Shown one piece after another: positions 7,655-16,037 of a stretch of DNA of 41,113 bases. Made by a program: the position numbers and the translations under genes. The stretch is from the NCBI GenBank assembly GCA_964585315.1, contig CAZPDE010000002.1, positions 1 through 41,113 on the forward strand, written 5' to 3'. The stretch is from an uncultured Dehalococcoidales bacterium. GTDB taxonomy: Bacteria; Chloroflexota; Dehalococcoidia; GIF9; AB-539-J10. Numbering within the stretch: the first letter of the stretch is position 1; the number at the start of each line of letters is the position of its first letter. The notes beneath the pieces were generated by a model. That model saw only the letters and a program-made list of their open reading frames with translations. It made no database searches and was not told the DNA's origin.

Positions 7655-8602
7655 ATGGTTGTTGTCAAGGAATATGAAGCGATGCTTGAAGCCTACGGCA
7701 AGGCAGGTGGAAACCTGGATGCTTTAGGAAACAAGGATGTAGGCAATCTTGTTATCCATGAAAATAAAGTCTTCAGCGCTAACGAGGCTAAAGGGATAAG
7801 AATAGAGACGGAAGAGACAGAAACTGGCGTTAATATCTATTTTCTAGTGGAGGAAGGGGCGAAAATTAAACACCCGGTCCATTTGTGCTTCGGAGTTTTG
7901 CCTCAGGAGGGATTGCAAGAAATCACATTGAAAGTAGAGGCGCAAGCTGGCAGCGAGGTAAATGTTATTGCCCATTGTATTTTCCCCAACGCCGTCGCCG
8001 TAATACATAAGATGAACGCCGACATAAATATCGGGGATAATGCCAAGTTTAGTTATCATGAAACTCATTATCATGGAGAATTCGGTGGGGTTAAGGTAAT
8101 TCCCAAGGCAAAAATCAGGGTAGGCAAGAAAGGCGTTTGGGAGAGCGCCTTCGCCCTAATTGAAGGCTGCGTGGGCATGATGGACTACGATTTTGAGATT
8201 TTCGGCGAGGAAAAAAGCAATAGCGAGCTCATGGTGAAGGTCTCTGGCAAAAAGGAAGACGACATAAGTATAGTGGAGAAAATCCATCTGGATGGCGCCG
8301 AGGCTCGCGGTCTGGCAAAAAGCCGTCTGGTATTGAACGATAATGCCAGGGCAATAGTCAGGGGTGAAACATATGGTAACGCCCCCTTTGCCAGAGGTCA
8401 TGTCGACTGCCTCGAAATCGTGAATGGAGATGGAGTGGAAGCAAGGGCGATACCAATGGTTTATGTGAACGATAAACAGGCGAAGGTTACTCATGAGGCT
8501 GCTATAGGCAGCATAGATAAGAAGCAGATGCAAACATTGATGGCAAGGGGATTAAATGAGGAAGAAGCGGTTGATATTATTGTGAGAGGCATATTGAAAT
8601 AA
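7655..8602 (+). CDS. Short SufB/SufD-family Fe-S scaffold protein
   Basis: 315 aa. The C-terminal THEAAIGSIDKKQMQTLMARGLNEEEAVDIIVRG is the conserved SufB/SufD tail. Its short length fits the minimal two-gene SufCB (SMS-type) arrangement. Confidence 0.8.
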   Translation: MVVVKEYEAMLEAYGKAGGNLDALGNKDVGNLVIHENKVFSANEAKGIRIETEETETGVNIYFLVEEGAKIKHPVHLCFGVLPQEGLQEITLKVEAQAGSEVNVIAHCIFPNAVAVIHKMNADINIGDNAKFSYHETHYHGEFGGVKVIPKAKIRVGKKGVWESAFALIEGCVGMMDYDFEIFGEEKSNSELMVKVSGKKEDDISIVEKIHLDGAEARGLAKSRLVLNDNARAIVRGETYGNAPFARGHVDCLEIVNGDGVEARAIPMVYVNDKQAKVTHEAAIGSIDKKQMQTLMARGLNEEEAVDIIVRGILK

Positions 8603-8787
8603 GGGGAACTTAGCCTAAAGGGGGGCGCTCAGATGATTATAGATAGACCCGAGGCTCGGTTAATATTTATGTCAATGGCGATAATGTGCGCGCTCTCCAT
8701 GGCTTGGCTACCTCTCTAAAAGCGCGAGGGATGAGGTGCTTGTTCTGCCTGCTGCTGCTGGGTAAACTGACTTATAGGTGGTAATAG

Positions 8788-9540
8788 ATGATTACCTCGG
8801 AAGAAAGGGAAAGGTATGACAGGCAGATAAAGATTGAGGGTTGGGGGATAGAAGGGCAGCAGAGACTTAAGCAGGCAAAGGTTCTCATTGCCGGGGCAGG
8901 GGGATTAGGGTCAGCCATCTCTGTCTATCTGGGGGTAGCTGGAGTGGGGAGCCTTCGCATTATTGATAGGGATATGGTAAACCTAAGTAATCTCAATCGG
9001 CAGATTCTCCATTGCGCCCAGGACATAGGTAGGGAAAAAGTTCAATCAGCCTCGGAAACCCTCAGGAAACTGAATCCCGCTATTCAGATAGAGGCTATAG
9101 CTGAAACAATAACTCAAGATAATGCTTTCCTGCTCTCAGAGGGTTGTAACCTCATCCTGGATGCCATGGATAACTTCCCCGCCCGATACGCACTGAATAA
9201 GGCTGCCATCCAGAGGGGTATCCCCTTTCTCTACGGAGGCATCTACGGTATAGAAGGGATGACAACCACTATAATCCCAAAGGAAACAGCCTGCTTAAGG
9301 TGCATCTTCCCCGAGCCTCCCCCTACCACAGTTTCCCCCGCATCAGGGGTTGCTGCTGGGGTTATAGGTTGCCTTCAAGCTCTGGAGGCAATAAAATACA
9401 TCGTGGGGATAGGAGAATTGCTCACTAACCGACTGCTAATCTTCGATGGTCTTAGCTCAAAGTTTAGAGAGGTTAGGCTCACTCGCCGCTCTCAGTGCCC
9501 TGATTGCTCACCAGAAGTAGGGGATAATACCGATATATGA
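8788..9540 (+). CDS. ThiF/MoeB/HesA-family E1-like adenylyltransferase
   Basis: RYDRQIKIEGWG, the GAGGLGS loop, NLNRQ, and two CxxC pairs (CLRC, CPDC). Confidence 0.85.
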   Translation: MITSEERERYDRQIKIEGWGIEGQQRLKQAKVLIAGAGGLGSAISVYLGVAGVGSLRIIDRDMVNLSNLNRQILHCAQDIGREKVQSASETLRKLNPAIQIEAIAETITQDNAFLLSEGCNLILDAMDNFPARYALNKAAIQRGIPFLYGGIYGIEGMTTTIIPKETACLRCIFPEPPPTTVSPASGVAAGVIGCLQALEAIKYIVGIGELLTNRLLIFDGLSSKFREVRLTRRSQCPDCSPEVGDNTDI

Positions 9541-9617
9541 ATACTATTGCCCAAATTGTAAACATGAATTCGAATTGATAAAGCCGATAAGCAAGGCTTC
9601 GTAAGAGGCATATTGAA

Positions 9618-9986
9618 ATGATTGAGATAAGAAAAGGCGATTTTTCCGTCGATGAAATAGTTAAGAAAATGAGGAGCCCGAGAATAGGCGCGATATTGAC
9701 TTATGTGGGCACTGTGCGTGAATTTCCTCAAGGTAAAGGATTGGAATTCGAGGACAATGAGGACGCCATTCAGAAACTCCAAGAAATAGAAAAAAGAGCC
9801 CTTGATAGATTTGATATAGAGGATGTAGCAATAATACATCGAGTCGGTTTTCTATCAGTGTCAGAGGACATTTTGCTGGTAGCAGTTTCAGCGTCCCACA
9901 GATGGGCAGCCTTCGATGCCTGCAGGTGTATAATAGACGATATAAAGGATTTCCATAAATCGTGGAAAAAAGAAGTTCCGAAATAG
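9618..9986 (+). CDS. moaE: Molybdopterin synthase catalytic subunit MoaE (short form)
   Basis: Contains YVGTVREF, IIHRVGFLSVSEDILLVAVSASHRWAAFDACRCIIDDIK and SWKKE, matching MoaE motifs. Confidence 0.75.
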   Translation: MIEIRKGDFSVDEIVKKMRSPRIGAILTYVGTVREFPQGKGLEFEDNEDAIQKLQEIEKRALDRFDIEDVAIIHRVGFLSVSEDILLVAVSASHRWAAFDACRCIIDDIKDFHKSWKKEVPK

Positions 9987-10687
9987 AAATTTCTGTGGTC
10001 TCCAAGGATGATAAACCTATATCCGTAGGCGCGGGTTTGAAGACCCGTGCAGAGAAAAAGGCGGATGAAATCATCCGTGAACAAGAGGTTATTGTCAGGA
10101 TAGATAGGGAGATTCATAAATTCCACTGCATCCCCACCGATTTGGAAGAAATGATAATTGGCAACTTGAAATCAAGGGGCATAAATCCTTCCTTCTCTAA
10201 CATCAGGAAAATTGCCGATAATGAATTTAATGTCGAGCTTTCATTTGTTAAAGGGTTACTGAAGAATCTTCAACCATGTGAGTCCAATAAAAAATTAACC
10301 AGAGAAGAAGTTTTTAATTCAATAAAAACGCTCAATGAAAATAGCTTCTTGTTCCGAAAAACTGGATGTGCGCATGTTATCGGGATTTGTGGAGGCGGAG
10401 AGATTTTCGCAGAGGATACAAGCAGGCATTGCGCCATGGACAAAGCTATTGGTCTAGCAATTAGGAATGGAATCGATTTATCCAACAGCTTCTTGGTCGC
10501 CTCTTGCCGACAAACGGCTTCCACAATAAAGAAGGCAATTTTTTGCGGCATACCAATAGTTATAAGCATCGCTGCACCCACAGACTTAGCTGTAAAAGAA
10601 GCCAACAAATACGGGATAACGCTCGTAGGATTTGCTGATTCAAAAAGGTTCAACATATATTCTCATGGTTGGAGGATCGAAATTTGA
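9962..10687 (+). CDS. fdhD: FdhD-family sulfurtransferase (formate dehydrogenase accessory protein)
   Basis: The C-terminal VASCRQTASTIKKAIFCGIPIVISIAAPTDLAVKEANKYGITLVGFADSKRFNIYSH matches the FdhD fold signature. The true start may be downstream of 9962. Confidence 0.7.
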   Translation: MEKRSSEIEISVVSKDDKPISVGAGLKTRAEKKADEIIREQEVIVRIDREIHKFHCIPTDLEEMIIGNLKSRGINPSFSNIRKIADNEFNVELSFVKGLLKNLQPCESNKKLTREEVFNSIKTLNENSFLFRKTGCAHVIGICGGGEIFAEDTSRHCAMDKAIGLAIRNGIDLSNSFLVASCRQTASTIKKAIFCGIPIVISIAAPTDLAVKEANKYGITLVGFADSKRFNIYSHGWRIEI

Positions 10688-11205
10688 AACAAGAGTTAAA
10701 AAGCGGCTGGCAGAGAAACTTGGTAACCTTGGGACCAAGCATATTTTTGGGATTGACTTTATTGGTATCCGGCTCTGGCAAATTACTTTTCTTTGAAGAA
10801 TTACCCGGGCAACTGGAATTTATCGATGTCTTGTTGGGACCTTTCTATACTCCCACAATAGTTTACCTTATTATTCATTGCCTTCCTTGGGCGGAGATAG
10901 CTCTGGGTGTCCTTTTACTTCTGGGCGTGCTTCCCAGAATTGCCGCAGCCTTATGCCTTCCACTTACGATTGGGTTTATGGCTAGTAACTTCTATGCGCT
11001 GAGCCAGGGTATGGAACAATTTCCCTCGTGCTGCTGTTGCTTTGGTAAGTGGGAGGAATTGCTGGGAGCGATGTCGCCGCTGCAAGCTCTGTGTTTTGAT
11101 ATCGTGCTTTTTGGCTTAGCTTTGCTTATTCTGTTGTTTCATCCCAGCAGATTTCTAAATTTTCGCCCCTGGTTTATTAAGAGGAAAAAGGAGGAGTTCG
11201 AATGA
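10669..11205 (+). CDS. MauE/DoxX-family membrane protein
   Basis: About four TM segments, SGSGKLL, a PWAEIALGVLLLLG helix and a CCCCFG motif as in MauE-like proteins. Confidence 0.55.
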   Translation: MEDRNLKQELKSGWQRNLVTLGPSIFLGLTLLVSGSGKLLFFEELPGQLEFIDVLLGPFYTPTIVYLIIHCLPWAEIALGVLLLLGVLPRIAAALCLPLTIGFMASNFYALSQGMEQFPSCCCCFGKWEELLGAMSPLQALCFDIVLFGLALLILLFHPSRFLNFRPWFIKRKKEEFE

Positions 11206-11225
11206 AATCGGTTTTCTTTATTTTT

Positions 11226-11481
11226 CCGTCATTGCGAGCTCTTCGCCCCTGCCATTCTGAACCCTTCGCTTTGTGTCATTCTGAGGTAGCAAAGCGACCG
11301 AAGAATCTCGCTCAGGATAAACTCCGCGAAGAATCTCCCCGGTGCTCAGGACAGGCTCCGCGAAGCAATCTATGGCATCCTACCTTGAGATTGCGGAGCT
11401 TGTTCCGAGCGCAAGCGAGGAATCCCCGCTCCCAGTTTGCTTCGGCTACGCCTTGCAACCGCTATGGTCCTCGCAATGACA
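11226..11481. repeat. Composite copy of the gtcattgcgag/gtcattctgag repeat family
   Basis: gtcattgcgagc, gtcattctgaggtagcaaagcgaccgaagaatctcgctcaggataaactccgcgaagaatct (near-identical to 16968..17035), cgaagcaatct and ctcgcaatgac. It creates a spurious 94-codon N-terminal extension of ORF 11202..12404. Confidence 0.8.
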
Positions 11482-11483
11482 GG

Positions 11484-12404
11484 ATGGTTTGCTTTACTGT
11501 TTTGGCCATCACTATTTTTCTCATAGCTGGTTGTGCCCCAGCCCCAGCTAATCATCCCCCGAGTATCACTAGTCTCAAAGCTGAGCAAGACATAGTTCCG
11601 CCTTCGGGCAGTTGCCAGATTGAGTGTATTGTTTCGGACAATGGTGACGAATTAAGCTATGAGTGGCAGATTAGTGGGGGGGCTATCTCAGGTGAAGGTG
11701 CTACAGCTATTTGGATTGCTCCCGATGAGCCTGGTGAATACATCATCTCGGTCAATGTGACTGGCACGGATGGTAACAATACTACCCAGTCGATTACTAT
11801 CACGGTAGGAGAAAATCATCCACCGCAAATTAACTCTCTAAGGATTAGTGATGAGTGGGTTGTTCCTTTGGGCAACTGCACAATTACTTGCGAAGCCTCT
11901 GACCCCGATGGCGATAAGCTAAGCTATGAGTGGTCAGCTAACGGTGGCAATATTTCTGACACAGGTCCTGTAATTACATGGACTGCTCCCGAAGCAATAG
12001 GCATCTATACCATCACAGTTAAAGTGATAGATGGGATGGATGGTGAAAGCGCAAGCTCACTGCGTATCAATGTAGCGCCCAACAATCCGCCGACTATTGA
12101 GAACTTAATCGTCACCGCTGAACATAAATACCTGAAGGAGATAGATGGGGGATACAAAGTCGGGAAGGGCAAAAGTTATGAAATTGAGTGCGATGCCTCG
12201 GATGCAGATAACGATGAGTTACTGTATGAATGGTCAACTAGCAGAGGCGAAATCTCTGGAGAAGGCCCAGTGGTTACCTGGGTTGCCCCTAATCAAGGAG
12301 GCATAGATGTTACCATTGCTGTAACAGTGTCTGATAGCAACGGCGGTGCAACTACTGACAGTATAACTTTCACGGTTGTGAGCTGCACATCATGTTCGTT
12401 TTAG
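11484..12404 (+). CDS. Lipoprotein with three tandem PKD/Ig-like repeats
   Basis: MVCFTVLAITIFLIAGC is a lipobox signal. It is followed by three units of about 95 aa (HPPxIxSL...C.IxC.xSDxDGDxLSYEW...GG.ISG.GP...W.AP...G.Y.I.V.V.D..G). Confidence 0.7.
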   Translation: MVCFTVLAITIFLIAGCAPAPANHPPSITSLKAEQDIVPPSGSCQIECIVSDNGDELSYEWQISGGAISGEGATAIWIAPDEPGEYIISVNVTGTDGNNTTQSITITVGENHPPQINSLRISDEWVVPLGNCTITCEASDPDGDKLSYEWSANGGNISDTGPVITWTAPEAIGIYTITVKVIDGMDGESASSLRINVAPNNPPTIENLIVTAEHKYLKEIDGGYKVGKGKSYEIECDASDADNDELLYEWSTSRGEISGEGPVVTWVAPNQGGIDVTIAVTVSDSNGGATTDSITFTVVSCTSCSF

Positions 12405-12482
12405 GTAGGATAAGAAAGTACCTGGCAACCTTAGTTGGGAGTTTTGACGCTTGAAGCTTGCAATGCTAGACTTCCCTTATCC

Positions 12483-13376
12483 ATGAAGCGAGTTGGTATT
12501 CTGTATCACCCTCGACTAGAAAAAGCTCAGAACCTGGCTAACAAATTGGCAGGTTTATTAACGGCGCAAAAAGTCTCTTCCTGGCAATGCTCAGCCTGGG
12601 ATGAGGATAAAGCTAGACCTCAAGTAGCCAGCTCAGATTTAATCTTAAGCATTGGCGGAGATGGCACTATCCTTCACACCGCTCGGATTATAACCCCCTT
12701 GTCTGTGCCTATTGTTGGGATAAATTTTGGCAAGCTTGGCTTCATTACTGAATTGAGTGGTGAGGAAATATTAGCAAATTTGCCTGATTTGCTCGGAGGC
12801 AGTGGCTGGATTGAGGAAAGGGCTATGCTCGAAGCCCAGCTTTTGCCATGTCATTGCGAGCGCGTGAGTCAAAGCCCTGAACCAAAGTTGCGAGCCGAAG
12901 GCGTGGCAAGCAGTGAAGGGGAAGCAATCTCCCATCTCGCCTTAAACGATGTGGCGCTGTGCGGCGCCACTGTCCGCTTAGTCAACATAGAGGTGGAAGT
13001 AGATAGCGAAGTGATAACCACTTATCGAGCTGATGGGGTTATCATCGCCACGGCTACTGGCAGCACTGCTTATTCTCTAGCAGCCGGGGGGCCAATTCTC
13101 CATCCTCAGTCTAAGGAATTTATCCTTCAGCCGGTATCCTGCCACCTTGGTTTAACTCACTCTCTAGTATTACCCTCGCAGAGCATAGTTAACTTAAAGG
13201 TTGCTGGTGGAGATAAAGCTGTGCTTAGCCTCGATGGACAGGTTAATCTGCCTCTATCTGGCGAGCAAAGGGTCAGGGTAAAGCTCAGCCCTTATACAAC
13301 TCGCTTCCTAAGAACTCATCAGCCGACTTATTTCTATGGCTCACTATGGCAGAAACTGAGGGGGAAAGTAGCATGA
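12483..13376 (+). CDS. nadK: NAD kinase
   Basis: SIGGDGTILH (GGDGT motif), ALNDV and DGVIIATATGSTAYSLAAGGPILHP. The ATG at 12483 is preferred over the TTG at 12435. Confidence 0.88.
   Translation: MKRVGILYHPRLEKAQNLANKLAGLLTAQKVSSWQCSAWDEDKARPQVASSDLILSIGGDGTILHTARIITPLSVPIVGINFGKLGFITELSGEEILANLPDLLGGSGWIEERAMLEAQLLPCHCERVSQSPEPKLRAEGVASSEGEAISHLALNDVALCGATVRLVNIEVEVDSEVITTYRADGVIIATATGSTAYSLAAGGPILHPQSKEFILQPVSCHLGLTHSLVLPSQSIVNLKVAGGDKAVLSLDGQVNLPLSGEQRVRVKLSPYTTRFLRTHQPTYFYGSLWQKLRGKVA
12849..12932. repeat. Repeat-family copy embedded in frame inside nadK
   Basis: tgtcattgcgagcgcgtgagtcaaagccctgaacc...gcgagccgaagg...gaagcaatctcc carries the family's terminal modules. It is translated as CHCERVSQSPEPKLRAEGVASSEGEAIS. 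Confidence 0.65.
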
Positions 13377-13825
13377 CGGTTGATAAGGCAAAGATAAGAG
13401 ACGCTGCCTTGATGCACCCGCTAATCAATCACTTTGCCAATCAAGGTGAGATGCTGCCTCGCGCTTTAAGCGAGATATATGAGAATATCAGGGATTACTT
13501 TGTAGTCAGAGCCAATGGCAAAACTATTGCTTGCGTTGCTTTGCGCATTAGCTGGCTTGATTTAGCTGAAATCAGGTCTTTAGCTGTGGACGCGAGAAAC
13601 CAAAATCAGGGAATCGGCTTCTCTCTTGTCCAAGCCTGCCTTGATGAAGCTAAGGAGTTGGGCATACCTACCGTTTTTTGTCTCACCCGTAAGCCAGCTT
13701 TCTTCGAGAAGCACGGGTTTCATCTGGTTGACAAAATGGAATTGCCACGCAAGGTATGGGCGGAATGCTACCGCTGCCCCAAATTTCCTGACTGCGATGA
13801 AGTAGCCCTTATTCGTCACATTTAA
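13373..13825 (+). CDS. GNAT-family N-acetyltransferase (ArgA-like short form)
   Basis: SLAVDARNQNQGIGFSLV is an acetyl-CoA-binding Q/RxxGxG motif. The ATG overlaps the nadK stop (ATGA). Confidence 0.7.
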   Translation: MTVDKAKIRDAALMHPLINHFANQGEMLPRALSEIYENIRDYFVVRANGKTIACVALRISWLDLAEIRSLAVDARNQNQGIGFSLVQACLDEAKELGIPTVFCLTRKPAFFEKHGFHLVDKMELPRKVWAECYRCPKFPDCDEVALIRHI

Positions 13826-13828
13826 GTA

Positions 13829-13851
13829 GGGCGGCATTTTATATGCCGCCC
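13829..13851 (+). terminator. Stem-loop after the GNAT gene (possible intrinsic terminator)
   Basis: GGGCGGCAT-tttat-ATGCCGCCC is a perfect 9-bp stem 3 nt after the stop. The downstream T-tract is weak (tattct). Confidence 0.4.
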
Positions 13852-13978
13852 TATTCTGGTGGGGAATAAACCCCCACCCTACAAATCATATAATCCTCTC
13901 CCGTCAAGGGAGAGGAACTTTGTAAGAATTTAGGCGGGATATCATAAATCTGAAATACTAAACAAAGGAGTAGAGAAT

Positions 13979-14515
13979 ATGTTAACACCGGAAAAGAAGC
14001 TATCCAGCCAACAGATTTACCACGGTCGGGCAGTAAATTTACTTGTGGACCAGGTGGAGAAGCCCAGCGGCAGGGAAACTACCAGGGAAGTTGTGGAGCA
14101 CAGCGATTGTGTTGCTGTAGTGGTTCTCGATGACCAGGATAATGTCCTTTTGGTTTGCCAGTTTCGCCATGCCGTAGGCAAATTTCTTCTGGAAATACCT
14201 GCTGGCGGCATCGACCCCGGTGAAGAGCCTATTGATTGTGTTCGTCGTGAATTGCAGGAGGAAATTGGCTATCTGCCCCGGAAAATAGATAAACTGGGTG
14301 GGTTTTATGCTATTCCTGGCTACGGCACGGAATACTTACATTGCTATCTAGCTACCGACCTTGTGCCCAGCCGCCTTGTAGCTGAAGATACCGAAAGCAT
14401 CGAGCTGGTTCGAGTCCCTCGAAACGAGATACCTCAGCTCATTGCATCGGGGGAGATTTGTGATGCCAAAAGCATTGCTGCCTTGCTCACCTTCCTCTCC
14501 CTTCAGGGGAGGTGA
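13979..14515 (+). CDS. NUDIX hydrolase (ADP-ribose pyrophosphatase-like)
   Basis: Nudix box GGIDPGEEPIDCVRRELQEEIGY. Confidence 0.85.
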   Translation: MLTPEKKLSSQQIYHGRAVNLLVDQVEKPSGRETTREVVEHSDCVAVVVLDDQDNVLLVCQFRHAVGKFLLEIPAGGIDPGEEPIDCVRRELQEEIGYLPRKIDKLGGFYAIPGYGTEYLHCYLATDLVPSRLVAEDTESIELVRVPRNEIPQLIASGEICDAKSIAALLTFLSLQGR

Positions 14516-15296
14516 GGGATAAGTCAATGATTTTACAATCCAGGTTTTCTTCCTTTAAGCTTTGTATTAGTCCTGCGATACTGTCTTCAGCGCAAATTAT
14601 CAAGAAAGGCAAGCCGCAATAAGCAGCTTCTATAGCTGCTTCTTTAACGCCATAAGCATAATCAGGCTTTACTCTTGCTTGCTTCAGCGCTACCATAGCT
14701 TCGATGCTAATCGCGCCCACTAGCATTCCCTCGCCTATCTCCTCTTTCAATCGAGCAAGGTCAGTGTTTCGAAATCCCCCTTCTTGTACATTGGGCACTT
14801 TGCCTATAGTTATTTTACCCGTCTTTAGCTCTATCACTCCTTCCACATTGGAGACACCAACATCTTCGCCTTTATTAGCCTCGGATACAGCTATCCCTCT
14901 AGCCCCTCCATCACTTATATCGCTGGAGGCGAACAATAAGCCATTCTTCATATACAAAGATATTGGCTGGCCAATAGATAAGTTGGTATCGGCTATAGCA
15001 GTGGAAGTTGAAATGTCGCTTATTACCTTGTCCACAAATGAAGTATAGCTTCGCAACTGCCGCGCCATCCTCAAAATCCAATCTACGCCTTCTCGAGTTA
15101 CCCTGTATCTAGAGCGGCCTTGGGAACTAAGCCAACCATCCTTTATCAATTCCTTGACATATTCAGAGACCGCTTGAGAGGTAATATCCAGCTTTTTGGC
15201 AACCTCCTTTTGCTGTATATTCGGCTGATTTGCCGCTATTTCCAGCAATATCTGGAACTTAGTAGCCAGATTTTTGCTTCGTAATATTTGTGCCAT
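14487..15296 (-). CDS. Winged-helix DNA-binding protein with an uncharacterised C-terminal domain
   Basis: The N-terminal QKEVAKKLDITSQAVSEYVKELIKDGWL is HTH-like (MarR/Lrp style). The remaining ~190 aa were not recognised. Confidence 0.5.
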   Translation of the reverse strand: MAQILRSKNLATKFQILLEIAANQPNIQQKEVAKKLDITSQAVSEYVKELIKDGWLSSQGRSRYRVTREGVDWILRMARQLRSYTSFVDKVISDISTSTAIADTNLSIGQPISLYMKNGLLFASSDISDGGARGIAVSEANKGEDVGVSNVEGVIELKTGKITIGKVPNVQEGGFRNTDLARLKEEIGEGMLVGAISIEAMVALKQARVKPDYAYGVKEAAIEAAYCGLPFLIICAEDSIAGLIQSLKEENLDCKIIDLSLTSPEGRGR

Positions 15297-15324
15297 AATG
15301 GAAACATTATACCGCTATCAGCCC

Positions 15325-16029
15325 TCAGTTGTCAGTTATCAGTTTAATTCTGACTGCTTTTTGGGAAACAAGCGAGCCGGGACAGTCAGTTTTCAATACG
15401 CATTCACTACAGCGAGGCTGCCTAGCATGGCATACTCGCCTCCCATGCTCTATCAAGTGGAGATGAAATTGATATACCTTTGGGGGCGGGATTTGCCCTT
15501 GCAGCAAATTATGCGCCTCCTCAATGGAAACTTTGGAGTCAATCAATCCTAATCGTTTAGCTACTCGAAAAACATGGGTATCCACTGGTAAGCATGGCTT
15601 CCCTAATCCAAAAAGGAGCACACAGCTAGCTGTTTTTGGACCCACCCCAGGCAGTCGCATCAAGTAATCCTTGGCTTCTGACATATTCATCGAGTCGAGA
15701 AAATCAAGGCTAATGTAGCCCTGCTCCTTTTCAATTTGCTCAAGTATTTGCTTGATTCTCATCGCCTTAATTCGGAATAGCCCCCCAAGCTTAATAGCCT
15801 GAGCGATTTCCTCCACAGGGGCAGCCACCACATCTTCCCAGCTACTGAATGTAGATAGAAGCGAATCGAAAGCCCGTTTTGAGTTTACATCTGAGGTATT
15901 CTGGGAAAGGATTGTTCCTATAAGCACATCGATAAGCTCTTCGCCTGGCTGCCATTCCAGATCCCCATATTCTTGCTCCAATAGCTCGATAACTTCTTCG
16001 ATGGGCATTTTTGTGATAGTGTATCTCAT
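15325..16029 (-). CDS. nth: Endonuclease III (HhH-GPD base-excision glycosylase)
   Basis: TILSQNTSD, the HhH element LPGVGPKTASCVLLF, and the C-terminal 4Fe-4S loop CHARQPRCSECVLKTDC. Confidence 0.88.
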   Translation of the reverse strand: MRYTITKMPIEEVIELLEQEYGDLEWQPGEELIDVLIGTILSQNTSDVNSKRAFDSLLSTFSSWEDVVAAPVEEIAQAIKLGGLFRIKAMRIKQILEQIEKEQGYISLDFLDSMNMSEAKDYLMRLPGVGPKTASCVLLFGLGKPCLPVDTHVFRVAKRLGLIDSKVSIEEAHNLLQGQIPPPKVYQFHLHLIEHGRRVCHARQPRCSECVLKTDCPGSLVSQKAVRIKLITDN

Positions 16030-16037
16030 AAAACCCG

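Noticed and set aside
8585-9619. 16-nt identity agaggcatattgaaat at 8585..8600 and 9604..9619
   Set aside because: A single 16-mer match within a 41-kb window is within chance expectation, and the flanks do not align.
11202-11483. 94-codon N-terminal extension of the lipoprotein ORF (MKSVFFIFPSLRALRPCHSEPFALCHSE...)
   Set aside because: The extension is a read-through of a dispersed-repeat copy, with the same DNA found intergenically elsewhere. A canonical lipoprotein signal peptide starts at the ATG at 11484.
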